Shown: positions 31,352-41,733, numbered from the stretch's first letter. The stretch: 64,000 nt of DNA from Ferruginibacter sp. (GCA_047600665.1 JASGKJ010000003.1:1794590-1858589); one strand, 5' to 3'. Program-made: numbers and translations. The notes: generated by a model from the letters alone, not told the origin.

Positions 31352-32500
31352 ATGAAGCTCATCAAATATTGCCTGCTTGCCCTGCTGTTGAATATAAATT
31401 TTAAGGCTGATGCCCAGCTTATATCCGGCGTCATGCAGTTCATTAACCCGGTGCAGGAAAAAGACAGCAATACGCTGTCATTCGCTTATTCCAATCTTTT
31501 CTATATAAAAGATTACGAATATTTTAATTCTATCCAGACGGGTTACACTTATTTTGGCACCTGGCAAAAACCTGAACTGGTATACCAACCAAATAAATGG
31601 CTGCGGCTGCATGCCGGCTTACTGGCGCAGCGTGATTTTGGTGATCATAAATTCAGCAAAGTAAGGCCGGTTTATTCAGCACAAATACAGCAAAAGAACT
31701 TCCGTTTTATTTTCGGTACGCTGGAAGGTAACCAGAGCCACGACCTTATTGAACCATTGCTCAGCTATGATAAAATTATTGAACGGCCGGTGGAAGAAGG
31801 CGTACAGTTCAAGTACAACAGTCACCGCTTTAATGCAGACTTTTGGCTCGACTGGGAGATACTGCAAACAGAAAATTCAGATTTTCCCGAAGAATTCAAT
31901 GGCGGCGCTGCCTTTTCTTATACGCTTACAAAACCCACCAGCGCCTGGCAGGTAAAAATTCCTGTACAATTTATTTTGCCACATAAAGGTGGACAATTGG
32001 ATACAAACAGTTCTGCAGTATCTACTGTTATTAATACGGCACAGGGGCTTTGGGTGGAATGGAACAACCCTGACAAAGAGAGCTGGCTCAAACAATTTAG
32101 GACAGATGGTTACCATGCCGGTTATTTTCATTCAGAAAGTGCAAGCCCTTATCCTTTTAATAAAGGTAATGGTGCATTGGTCAATCTTTTCCTTAAATCA
32201 AAATGGGATATCTCTTTCCTGGCAAGCTACTGGGGCGGCAGCAAATTCATTGCTCCACGTGGTGCAAAAATTTACGAAAGTGTCTCATCCATCAGCACAC
32301 TGCCGGACTATTACGAAACCAGCCGCCAGCTGCTGTTCCTGAACATGATCTATGAAAAGCAGCTGGCGCCCGGTCTTTATATCGATGCCCGCTTTTCTCC
32401 TTATTTCGACCTGAAAAATAAGCTGAGGGAATATTCATTCCAGATATTGCTTTCCTACAGGGACGTATTCAGGCTGTTTACTTTTAAGAAAAAGCAGTAA
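31352..32500 (+). CDS. Hypothetical outer-membrane beta-barrel protein
   Basis: Signal peptide and alternating aromatic/hydrophobic strands; no recognisable family motif. Confidence 0.6.
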   Translation: MKLIKYCLLALLLNINFKADAQLISGVMQFINPVQEKDSNTLSFAYSNLFYIKDYEYFNSIQTGYTYFGTWQKPELVYQPNKWLRLHAGLLAQRDFGDHKFSKVRPVYSAQIQQKNFRFIFGTLEGNQSHDLIEPLLSYDKIIERPVEEGVQFKYNSHRFNADFWLDWEILQTENSDFPEEFNGGAAFSYTLTKPTSAWQVKIPVQFILPHKGGQLDTNSSAVSTVINTAQGLWVEWNNPDKESWLKQFRTDGYHAGYFHSESASPYPFNKGNGALVNLFLKSKWDISFLASYWGGSKFIAPRGAKIYESVSSISTLPDYYETSRQLLFLNMIYEKQLAPGLYIDARFSPYFDLKNKLREYSFQILLSYRDVFRLFTFKKKQ

Positions 32501-32616
32501 AAGCATTTTTACTTTTTTGTTTCATGCATAGTATCTTTAATCAGCTTCATTGAAGGACTTGCGCCGTTATTCTTATGCAGTCAGTCATGAAGCAGAGAAA
32601 ACATTATTAAAGTTTC

Positions 32617-35600
32617 ATGCAAACATATCAGCAGCGTTTACAGCAAAAATTTAACGAAGAATATCAAAAGCTGAATCCACAGCAACGTATAGCCGTAGAT
32701 ACCATTGAAGGGCCGGTAATGGTGATTGCAGGGCCGGGTACCGGTAAGACGCAAATACTGGCAGCAAGGATCGGGAAGATATTGCTTGAAACAGATGTTT
32801 TGCCTGAAAATATTCTTTGCCTTACTTATACCGATGCAGGCGCCATTGCCATGCGGCGGCGCCTGCAGCAGTTTATTGGGGCTGATGCCTATAAGGTAAA
32901 CATCTATACCTTTCATGCTTTTTGCAACGATGTAATACAGGACAACCTGCCGCTGTTTGAAAAAAACTCCCTGGATGCCATTTCAGAACTGGAGGGCATA
33001 CAACTTTTTAAACAATTGATTGATGATTTTCCTAAAAATCACCCGCTTAAACGCTATCGTGGTGATGTGTATTTCGAGATCAACAATCTTAAATCCCTTT
33101 TTTCGTCGATGAAACGGGAAGGCTGGCAGCCGGCATTTATCAGCCAGAAAATTGATGAGTACCTCGGCAGTCTTACTACAAGGGATGAATTTATTTATAA
33201 AAGGAAATACAAAAATTTCAATGCCGGGGATATAAAGCAGGATAAGATTGATGAAGAAAAAGAGCGCATGGAAAAACTGCGGGCTGCCGTATATGAATTT
33301 GACCGTTACCAGCAGCTGATGCAGCAACGCAGCCGGTACGACTTTGATGACATGATCAACTGGGTGATAAAAGCCTTTGAAGAAAATAAAAACCTGCTGT
33401 CTGCTTACCAGGAAAAATTCCAATACATACTGGTGGATGAATTCCAGGACACCAGTGGTACACAAAACAGGCTGGTACAATTGCTCATCAGTTACTGGGA
33501 TAAACCAAATGTTTTCGTGGTGGGTGATGATGACCAGAGTATTTACCGCTTCCAGGGTGCCAACGTGGAAAACATGATCAGCTTTGCAAACACTTACAGC
33601 AATGATCTGAAAACAGTGGTACTTACCAATAATTACCGCAGCACACAACCTATCCTGGATATTTCAAAAACACTGATCAACCGCAATAACGATAGGCTGG
33701 TAAAGCAACTGGACAATCTCAGTAAAGAATTAATTTCTTCTAATGAGAAAATAAAGCAGCTGACTGAACAGCCGGTAATCATTGAATACAATTCTGTTAA
33801 AGATGAAATGGCCGGCATTACCAACAGAGTGGCTGAATTGATACGGCTTGGTATTAACCCCGGCCGCATCGCCATCATTTATAAGGAGAATAAATATGGT
33901 GAAGAACTGGCAACTTTCTTCCGTTTAAAAGGCGTCGCTTTTTACAGTAAAAAGAACATCGATATTTTACAACATCCTTTTATAAAAAAGATCATACAGC
34001 TTTTCCGTTACCTTAATGCAGAACATGATATCCCGTATGGCGGCGATGAAATGTTGTTTGAGATACTGCACTATGATTTTTATAAAATACCGCCAATAGA
34101 AATTGCAAAGATCACGGTGGAGGTAAACCAGAAAAAGTACAGCGGCGAATTAACTTCCATCAGGAAACTATTAGCTGATAAAGCCAATAGTGCACCAAAA
34201 GATCTTTTGATCCCGGCCTGCACAGCGGTCTTGCCAATCTCAGCAAAACACTGGAACTCCTGATCGCAGATGTTTCTAATCTTACACTGCAGCAATTATT
34301 CAGCAGTATCGTACAAAAGGGCGGCATATTAAAATATATCATGCAAAGCAGTGATAAAATTGAACTGCTGCAGTTGCTCACCGCACTTTTTGATTTTGTG
34401 AAAGAAGAGACCAGCCGCAACCCGGCCTTAACCTTAAAAGGAATTGTCGACATTATCGACCTGATGGAAAAAGAAGGGTTACCGTTACCAATGGTGCAAT
34501 TATCCGGTAGTGAAAAGGGCGTGAATCTTTTAACAGCGCATGGCAGTAAAGGTCTTGAATTTGAATATGTTTTTTTTGCAGGTGTGAATGCTTCTGCATG
34601 GGAAAAGAAAAGAAAACCTGGTGGAGGCTATAAATTACCCGATACAATGTTCTCTTCTGTATCAGCCACAGCAGCGCATGAAGAAGAAGAGCTCAGGCGG
34701 CTTTTTTATGTAGCAATTACAAGGGCTGAAAAACATTTATGTATATCCTATGCAAAACTGAAAAGCGACGGAAGGGAAATGGAGCCTTCGATGTTTATTG
34801 CAGAGATACAGGAACAGCACCAGCTTCCTGTTGAAAGAATAACATTGTCAGCAGAAGATACTTGTCGGAATTCCAGCTATTACAACTCAGCGACCAGGCT
34901 CCGGAGATTGAAAGAGCGGAAGATGATTTTATAGATGGGCTGCTTGCAAAGTTTGTAATGAACGTTACCGCACTAAGCAATTACCTAAAATGCCCGCTGC
35001 AGTTCTATTATCAAAGCCTCATCCGGATACCATCGGGCAGAAATGAAGCAACGGAGTTTGGCAGTGCTGTACACCATGCACTGGAAAAACTTTTCCGTAA
35101 AATGCAGGAAAGCGGCAAAGAGCAGTTTCCTTCCAAACAGGAGATGCTGGCAGATTTCAGCTGGTACCTCCGCCGGCACCGGGAAAATTTTACACCTGAA
35201 GCATATAAGCGGCGGCTGGAATACGGTGATGAAGTATTAAGTAATTACTATGATAAATATATTAACAGCTGGAACAGGATCGTTGCTGTTGAAAGAAACA
35301 TTCGTGGTGTGGTGGTAAATGGTGTGCCGATCAAAGGAAAACTGGATAAGCTTGAATTTAATGGCAAAGAAATAAATGTAGTGGATTACAAGACCGGCGA
35401 CATTGACAAAGCACTACCAAAATTAAAAGGGCCGGATGAAAAGGAGCCTAACGGTGGCGACTATTGGCGCCAGGCTGTTTTTTACAAACTGCTTATTGAT
35501 AATTATGAACAAAAGGACTGGAAAGTGATCAGTACCGAATTTGATTTTGTGGAGCCGGATAAAAAGAAAAATTACCGGAAGGAAAAAGTGGTGATCACAC

Positions 35601-35767
35601 CTGCAGATACGACCACCGTGAGCCAGCAGATAAAATCGGTTTGGGATAAAATACAGGAAAAAGATTTTTATACCGGCTGCGGTAAGCCGGACTGTCACTG
35701 GTGTAATTTTATAAAAGATAATAAACTGGAAGTGGCGCTGCACGAACTGGAAGAAGAAACGGAATAA
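32617..35767 (+). CDS. UvrD/PcrA-like ATP-dependent DNA helicase fused to a PD-(D/E)XK nuclease; split by two -1 indels (~34205-34208 and ~34861)
   Basis: AGPGTGKT, DEFQD, VGDDDQSIYRFQGA, NYRS, TAHGSKGLEF and RLFYVAITRA across the first two ORFs; GKLD...VVDYKTG in the third. Adding one base at each junction restores a single frame. Confidence 0.9.
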
Positions 35768-35851
35768 TATTAATTTTAAAAAGGAAGCCAGGTTTTAAAA
35801 AGCTTTAAAAAACTTTATGTTTTTGCCAGCTTTCAAACAGTGGAAACAGAT

Positions 35852-35859
35852 TAAGTTTG
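35852..35859 (+). promoter_or_regulatory. -7 element (TAAGTTTG)
   Basis: TAnnTTTG match 18 nt upstream of ATG 35877. Confidence 0.65.
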
Positions 35860-35876
35860 CACCTCAACCAGTTTAG

Positions 35877-37262
35877 ATGAACAGCAAGCGACTGCTTTAT
35901 TTTTTTTCATTCTCCTTTATTGCGATCATAACAGTAATGTTGTTTGGCTGTGCCCAGATAGGTGTACCCACCGGTGGTCCAAAGGACAGCATCCCGCCAA
36001 AACTGGTTGTTTCAACGCCTGAATTAAACAAAACGAACTTTACAGGCAAAGAGATCTCTTTCACCTTTGACGAATATATAGTGGTGGATGATCCAACAAA
36101 GAATGTGCTTGTTTCTCCCTATCCAAAATCAAACCCGCAGGTAAACTTTAAGTTAAAAACCGTTACTGTAAAACTGAAGGATACCTTATTACCCAATACC
36201 ACCTATGCCATCAACTTCGGCAATGCGATTAAAGATAATAATGAAGGAAATCTTTTCCGGGATTTTACTTACGTGTTCTCAACCGGGCCCACCATCGATT
36301 CGCTGCAGTTCAGCGGCCAGGTGATACTGGCTGAAACAGGCAAAAAAGACAGCACACTGATGGCCCTGCTCTACCGTAATACTGATGATACGATGGTGCA
36401 GCACCGGAGACCGGACTATGTGGCAAGGGTTGACAGGGATGGAAAATTCACTTTCCGTAACCTTTCAAAAGATACGTACAAAGTATATGCACTGAAAGAC
36501 AATGACGGACGTAAAACCTATAATGATAAAACGGAACTGTTTGCATTCAGCAATACAGATATCAACGTGTCTGAAAAGACAGACAGCGTAACATTATACG
36601 CATATGCTGAAGAAAAAGATAAAAAAAACACAACACCCCCAAAAGCATTACCAGAAAAGAGATTAAAATATACTGTCCCTGTACCAGCAGCTGATCAAAG
36701 TCTTTTAACAACGCTTGACATTAGTTTTAACCGGCCGCTTAAAAGTTTTGATGCAGAAAAAATACAAGTGACAGATTCGCTTTATAACAAAATACCTGGT
36801 ATTTCATACAGTCTTGACAGTAACAGCAAGATCCTTAGTCTTAAAACCAGTTGGAAAGACACTTTCGCCTACAGGCTTATTATTGACAGTGCTGCTGTAA
36901 CCGATACATTCAGCGCACACCTGGCCAAAAATGACACCATAAAATTCAAATCAAAAGGGGCTGCTGATTATGGCAGTCTTTTAATAAGGTTTAAAAAACT
37001 GGATACAGCCAAACACCAGGTACTCCAGATCTTTAAGGCTGACGTTATCTATAAAACTGTCCGTATTACAACAGCTTCCTGGAGCGATAAATTATTTGAA
37101 CCGGGAGAATATGAATTAAGGATACTGTTTGATACAAATGACAATGGCGAATGGGATCCCGGCAATTATGAAAAGAAACTCCAGCCTGAACGGGCCATCA
37201 CACTTGACAAAAAATTAAATATCCGTGCCAGCTGGGATAATGAACGGGAGGTGGAGTTGTAA
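35877..37262 (+). CDS. Ig-like (Big_5-type) domain lipoprotein
   Basis: Lipobox LFGC followed by AQIGVPTGGPKDSIPP, FTFDEYI, LLPNTTYAINFGNAIKDNNEGN, DTNDNGEWDPGN. Confidence 0.8.
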   Translation: MNSKRLLYFFSFSFIAIITVMLFGCAQIGVPTGGPKDSIPPKLVVSTPELNKTNFTGKEISFTFDEYIVVDDPTKNVLVSPYPKSNPQVNFKLKTVTVKLKDTLLPNTTYAINFGNAIKDNNEGNLFRDFTYVFSTGPTIDSLQFSGQVILAETGKKDSTLMALLYRNTDDTMVQHRRPDYVARVDRDGKFTFRNLSKDTYKVYALKDNDGRKTYNDKTELFAFSNTDINVSEKTDSVTLYAYAEEKDKKNTTPPKALPEKRLKYTVPVPAADQSLLTTLDISFNRPLKSFDAEKIQVTDSLYNKIPGISYSLDSNSKILSLKTSWKDTFAYRLIIDSAAVTDTFSAHLAKNDTIKFKSKGAADYGSLLIRFKKLDTAKHQVLQIFKADVIYKTVRITTASWSDKLFEPGEYELRILFDTNDNGEWDPGNYEKKLQPERAITLDKKLNIRASWDNEREVEL

Positions 37263-37273
37263 CGGATAATTAG

Positions 37274-37376
37274 TTAATTGATAATGGATAATTCCTTCAC
37301 ATTATATATTTCGCTGTTACCATTAAATCTCCAAAATAAAAATATTATCAATTATCCATTATCCCATATCAATTAA
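37274..37376. repeat. Long-spaced inverted repeat built from 7-nt GATAAT(G/T) units
   Basis: GATAATGGATAATT (37280-37293) / AATTATCCATTATC (37350-37363) is perfect over 14 bp; TTAATTGATA / TATCAATTAA is perfect over 10 bp. Confidence 0.75.
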
Positions 37377-37385
37377 TTTTGCCCA

Positions 37386-38009
37386 ATGATCTTCTCCTCC
37401 TCTCTCCTCGAAAAAGCGGTGAATGAATTTGCAAAACTGCCCGGCATTGGTAAAAAGACAGCGCTGCGGCTGGTACTGCATTTAATAAAACAGGATGCAG
37501 GCGAAGTAAATCATTTTAGCCAGGCAATCGCAGAAATGCGCTCACAAATAAAATTCTGCAGCCGTTGTTATAATATTTCTGATACCGCTGTTTGCAATAT
37601 CTGCAGTAACCGTGCCCGTAAGCAGGAAACTGTTTGCGTGGTGGAAAACATAAGGGATGTTATTGCCATCGAAAGCACCCAGCAATTCAACGGGCTTTAC
37701 CATGTACTGGGCGGCATCATCTCTCCTTTGGATGGCATTGGACCCGAACAACTGAATATTGATGCGCTGGTGGAAAGGGTTACAAAAGAAAATGTCACTG
37801 AAATAATATTTGCCCTTAACGCAAACATACAGGGCGACACCACGATCTACTACATTGGCAAAAAACTTAAGCAACTGCCGGTAAAAATAACCACCATTGC
37901 CCGTGGCATTGCCTTTGGGGGTGAGCTGGAATATGCAGATGAAATGACCCTTGCCCGCAGTATCGCTAACAGGATACCTGTAGAAAATTATATATCACAG
38001 GGCAGTTAA
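37386..38009 (+). CDS. recR: Recombination mediator RecR
   Basis: [12 protein letters not shown] HhH, C4 zinc finger (CSRC...CNIC), Toprim (VCVVE...YHVLGG), [18 protein letters not shown]. Confidence 0.98.
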   Translation: MIFSSSLLEKAVNEFAKLPGIGKKTALRLVLHLIKQDAGEVNHFSQAIAEMRSQIKFCSRCYNISDTAVCNICSNRARKQETVCVVENIRDVIAIESTQQFNGLYHVLGGIISPLDGIGPEQLNIDALVERVTKENVTEIIFALNANIQGDTTIYYIGKKLKQLPVKITTIARGIAFGGELEYADEMTLARSIANRIPVENYISQGS

Positions 38010-38112
38010 ACCCCCGCTAATAAATTGGTATTGAACTAATTTTTCATTCCACAGAGGCAACCACACGCATGGTTGTACCGATTTGAATGCATATCCCCGT
38101 TGCATTACCGGT

Positions 38113-38550
38113 ATGAAGAAATATATCCTTATTTGCCTGGCACTTTGCATCATAGCCGCATCGGCTATCGCCTATTATTTGTATACAGATAAGGGTATAA
38201 ATATTGAAAAAGCAACAGCTCCGGTAACAACGGCAGCGGCCCTGTATGATATGTTCCTGGAAGATTCTGTAACCGCCAAATCGAACTATACAGGAAAAAT
38301 AATTGCAGTAACGGGAGATATAAAACAGGTTGCACTTAACCAGCAGCAAAAAGCAGTTGTATTGCTTGAGACCAATACAGCTGGGGCTGCAGTAAACTGC
38401 ACCTTTGAGGGGGATCCCGGCAGTTTAAAGACAGGCAGCAAAACAACTATCAAAGGCATTTGTACGGGCCTCGGTGAAGGAGATGCGGATCTCGGTATTC
38501 CGGGAGATGTGTATTTGAACAGGTGCTATATCTCAAAAACGGATCAATAA
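38113..38550 (+). CDS. OB-fold protein (tRNA_anti-like) with N-terminal membrane anchor
   Basis: TM helix, then NYTGKIIAVTG...VNCTF...TIKGICTG. Start moved to MKKYIL. Confidence 0.75.
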   Translation: MKKYILICLALCIIAASAIAYYLYTDKGINIEKATAPVTTAAALYDMFLEDSVTAKSNYTGKIIAVTGDIKQVALNQQQKAVVLLETNTAGAAVNCTFEGDPGSLKTGSKTTIKGICTGLGEGDADLGIPGDVYLNRCYISKTDQ

Positions 38551-38564
38551 AATATAAGGGTACA

Positions 38565-38936
38565 ATGAAAGCAACAATCAAACAGTGTTTATTTATCATG
38601 ATCATTACTGCAGGCACCCTGTACACATCCTGCACCTATGATAAGCAGGAACTGCTGGAACCAGGGCCTCCGGTGGGCGCCTGTGATACCATCCCGGCAA
38701 AATTCAGTGCGGATATTAACCCGATCATCCAGAGCCGCTGTGCCACGTATGAATGTCACGACCTGACTAACTCCGGTGGTTATACTTTTTTTGAATACGC
38801 TGATGTAAAAGGTGCGCTTGAAGCTATACAGCAACAGGTAATTGTTCAAAAAACAATGCCGCAGGATGGGCCGCTGTCGCAGACCGATATTGATAAAATA
38901 AAGTGCTGGATAGAAGACGGCGCTCCCAATAATTAA
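38565..38936 (+). CDS. Small lipoprotein with a cytochrome-c-like CxxxxCH motif
   Basis: Lipobox YTSC; FSADINPIIQSRCATYECH...TMP...LSQTDIDKIKCWIEDGAPNN (distal Met-Pro and a cytochrome-c-like C-terminal helix). Confidence 0.7.
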   Translation: MKATIKQCLFIMIITAGTLYTSCTYDKQELLEPGPPVGACDTIPAKFSADINPIIQSRCATYECHDLTNSGGYTFFEYADVKGALEAIQQQVIVQKTMPQDGPLSQTDIDKIKCWIEDGAPNN

Positions 38937-38951
38937 AACCGTCGTTATCGT

Positions 38952-39503
38952 ATGAAAAAAACATTTACAACAATAGTATTCATCCTTGCCATTAGCGTTT
39001 TCTCCAATGCACAAAAATATTATACCAAGAATGGCTCTATCTCCTTTTTCTCCGGCACCAAACTGGAAGATATTAAAGCAGATAACAACCAGGTGGTAAG
39101 TGTGCTGAATGCACAAACAGGAGAGTTACAATTTTCCGTGCTCATAAAAGGTTTCCATTTTGCTAAAGCAACCATGGAGGAGCACTTCAACGAAAACTAT
39201 CTTGAAAGTGATAAATATCCCAAGTCAACTTTTAAAGGAACTGTTGCCGATATAAGCAAGGTAAATTTTACAAAAGATGGCAGTTATCCCGTAACCGTGA
39301 GCGGCGACCTGACCATACATGGTGTAACAAAAAAAGTTAGCAGCACCGGTAGCATCACAGTAAAAGCAGGTGTGCCTGCAGCCTCGTCCAAATTCAATAT
39401 CAAACTGGCAGATTACAAAGTGACCATTCCAAGTGTTGTCAGCAACAATATTGCTGAAACCATCGAGATCACGGTATCCTGTAAGTACGATCAAAAAATG
39501 TAG
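38952..39503 (+). CDS. YceI family lipid/polyisoprenoid-binding protein
   Basis: Signal peptide, MEEHFNENYLESDKYPKSTFKG, GDLTIHGVTK. Confidence 0.9.
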   Translation: MKKTFTTIVFILAISVFSNAQKYYTKNGSISFFSGTKLEDIKADNNQVVSVLNAQTGELQFSVLIKGFHFAKATMEEHFNENYLESDKYPKSTFKGTVADISKVNFTKDGSYPVTVSGDLTIHGVTKKVSSTGSITVKAGVPAASSKFNIKLADYKVTIPSVVSNNIAETIEITVSCKYDQKM

Positions 39504-39511
39504 CCTTTAAA

Positions 39512-40420
39512 ATGACTGATATGACAATGACCAAAACCATACTGCTGTCTTTCTTTACAATACTTACCTGTATAAAAGCAGCTGCACAACAGCCGGCAAA
39601 AGATACAGCCGACTTAATGAGTCAACTCGAAAATGAGGCCGCTCCTAAAACGGAGTATACCAAAGCCACATTTAAGACCACCCGCCTGGTGAATGGCCAT
39701 TCGGTGGAAACACTCGCCAAGGGTGTAATGGATGTAAAGATCTCCCACCGTTTTGGCAAACTGAATAATGGCATTTATGAAATGTTTGGGTTGGACAATG
39801 CCACCATGCGTATGGGGTTGGATTATGGCATTACCGATAATATAATGGTTGGCCTCGGCCGAAGTACTTTTCAAAAAACACTGGATGCTTTTGTAAAGAT
39901 CAAACTGCTCCGCCAGTCAGCCGGTGCAAAAAATTCACCTTTCAGTATTGTATATATCCCAACCATTGCATTGGTGACATTACGCACACAACCAAAGTTA
40001 CCCATCAAGCATAAATTATATTATGCCCACCAGCTGATCATTGGCCGCAAATTCTCCGACGCATTTTCCATGCAGCTAATGCCTACGGTAATTCACCGAA
40101 ACCTTACTGCAGTTAACAGCGATCCCAATGACACCTGGGCTATTGGTATCGGTGGACGGCAAAAACTATCAAAACGGGTAAGTTTTAATGCAGAATATTA
40201 TTACCAACTGCCGGGCACTAAAATTGCCGGCTCCACCAATTCACTTTCTTTCGGCTTTGATATTGAAACAGGTGGTCATGTATTTCAGCTGCACTTTACC
40301 AACTCCACCGGCATGACGGAAAAAACATTTGTAAGTGAGACCACCGGCAAATGGGATAAAGGCGATATCCTCTTCGGCTTTAATATTGCCCGGGTGTTCA
40401 ATATCGGCAAACGCAAATAG
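39512..40420 (+). CDS. DUF5777-like outer-membrane beta-barrel protein
   Basis: TFKTTRLVNGHSVE, ISHRFG, FGLDNATMRMG, FDIETGGHVFQLHFTN, FGFNIARVF. Confidence 0.8.
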   Translation: MTDMTMTKTILLSFFTILTCIKAAAQQPAKDTADLMSQLENEAAPKTEYTKATFKTTRLVNGHSVETLAKGVMDVKISHRFGKLNNGIYEMFGLDNATMRMGLDYGITDNIMVGLGRSTFQKTLDAFVKIKLLRQSAGAKNSPFSIVYIPTIALVTLRTQPKLPIKHKLYYAHQLIIGRKFSDAFSMQLMPTVIHRNLTAVNSDPNDTWAIGIGGRQKLSKRVSFNAEYYYQLPGTKIAGSTNSLSFGFDIETGGHVFQLHFTNSTGMTEKTFVSETTGKWDKGDILFGFNIARVFNIGKRK

Positions 40421-40440
40421 CACGAATCATATAGTTTTAT

Positions 40441-40469
40441 AAAGCCATAACATTCTTGTTATGGCTTTT
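40441..40469 (+). terminator. Intrinsic terminator of the OB-fold/YceI/beta-barrel operon
   Basis: AAAGCCATAACA-TTCT-TGTTATGGCTTT is a 12-bp stem followed by T residues. Confidence 0.8.
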
Positions 40470-40474
40470 TATAT

Positions 40475-40482
40475 TAACTTTG
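40475..40482 (+). promoter_or_regulatory. -7 element (TAACTTTG) for metH, implying a ~190-nt leader
   Basis: TAnnTTTG match directly after the terminator and ~200 bp upstream of ATG 40680. Confidence 0.7.
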
Positions 40483-40679
40483 CGCCCACTTCAGGCGGAT
40501 TTGTTTATTGTTCAGCCTGTTAAAACTCAGAACTAATAAACGAAGCATTCCTCAACAACTTCACGGATTGTTCCAGTTTATCAGTTTAATTTTTATGTAC
40601 CGGGCATAGTAATGCTATCAGCATAGTTGCGTCGCACTTTTATACTGTATACCATTATTCACCCACAAATTATTGAAGT

Positions 40680-41696
40680 ATGAGCCCAATACAGAAAGCA
40701 TTGCAGCAGCGGATACTGATTATAGATGGCGCCATGGGCACCATGATACAGCGGCATAAACCAACCGAAGCAACTTACAGGGGCGAAAGATTTAAAGACT
40801 GGCCAATAGATGTAAAAAACAACAGTGATATACTAAATCTTACCCAGCCTCAGATAATTGAAGGCATTCACCGGGAGTACCTGGAAGCAGGTGCTGATAT
40901 CATTGAGACAAACACTTTTGCTGCTACCACCATTGCGCAGGAAGATTTTAAGCTGGAAGCATTTGTACATGAGCTGAACGTGGAAGGTGCCCGTATTGCA
41001 CGCCGTGCAGCCGATGCTTATACCGCAAAGGATCCATCTAAGCCCCGCTTTGTGGCAGGTGCCATTGGGCCATTAAACCGAACATTGAGTTTATCCCCGG
41101 ATGTAAACAATCCCGGTTACCGTGCTGTAACATTTGATGAAGTGGCCAAAGCATACAAAGAACAAATAAAAGGGCTGGTAGAAGGTGGTGTAGATGTTTT
41201 ATTAATTGAAACCATCTTTGATACCCTTAATGCAAAAGCTGCCATCTATGCAGCAAAAAATTTCTTCAGGGAAAATAATATACCGGAACTGCCCATTATG
41301 ATCAGTGGTACCATCACTGATGCATCAGGCAGAACACTGAGTGGTCAAACGCTGGAAGCATTTTATACATCCGTTGCACATGCAAACCCACTAAGTGTAG
41401 GGCTGAATTGTGCATTGGGTGCAAACGAAATGCGGCCGCATATTGAGGAGCTGTCGCAAATAGCAGCCTGCCATGTATCTGCTTATCCAAATGCCGGCTT
41501 GCCCAATGCTATGGGTGAATATGATGAACAACCGCATGAAACAGCACATATACTTGAAGGATGGGCAAAAGAAGGATTCTTGAACATTGTTGGTGGCTGC
41601 TGCGGCACCACGCCGGATCATATAAAACATATTGCAGAAGAAGTAAGCAAATTCAAACCGAGAGAACTGCCCCTGATGGAAAAGGAATTAATTTAA
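40680..41696 (+). CDS. metH: Methionine synthase, N-terminal homocysteine-binding module
   Basis: [46 protein letters not shown] (Zn ligands). Confidence 0.96.
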   Translation: MSPIQKALQQRILIIDGAMGTMIQRHKPTEATYRGERFKDWPIDVKNNSDILNLTQPQIIEGIHREYLEAGADIIETNTFAATTIAQEDFKLEAFVHELNVEGARIARRAADAYTAKDPSKPRFVAGAIGPLNRTLSLSPDVNNPGYRAVTFDEVAKAYKEQIKGLVEGGVDVLLIETIFDTLNAKAAIYAAKNFFRENNIPELPIMISGTITDASGRTLSGQTLEAFYTSVAHANPLSVGLNCALGANEMRPHIEELSQIAACHVSAYPNAGLPNAMGEYDEQPHETAHILEGWAKEGFLNIVGGCCGTTPDHIKHIAEEVSKFKPRELPLMEKELI

Positions 41697-41733
41697 CCAC
41701 AAAGGGCACTAAGAAAGCATACAAAGTTCACAA
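41696..41733 (+). repeat. Left arm of a 38-bp imperfect inverted repeat flanking the GxxExxY gene
   Basis: ACCACAAAGGGCACTAAGAAAGCATACAAAGTTCACAA matches the reverse complement of 42111-42148 at 31/38 positions with no gaps. Confidence 0.85.

Noticed and set aside
32617-35767. Helicase-nuclease as an anti-phage defence system or Cas4 adaptation module
   Set aside because: It sits among housekeeping genes with host-like composition and has no defence or cas partners.
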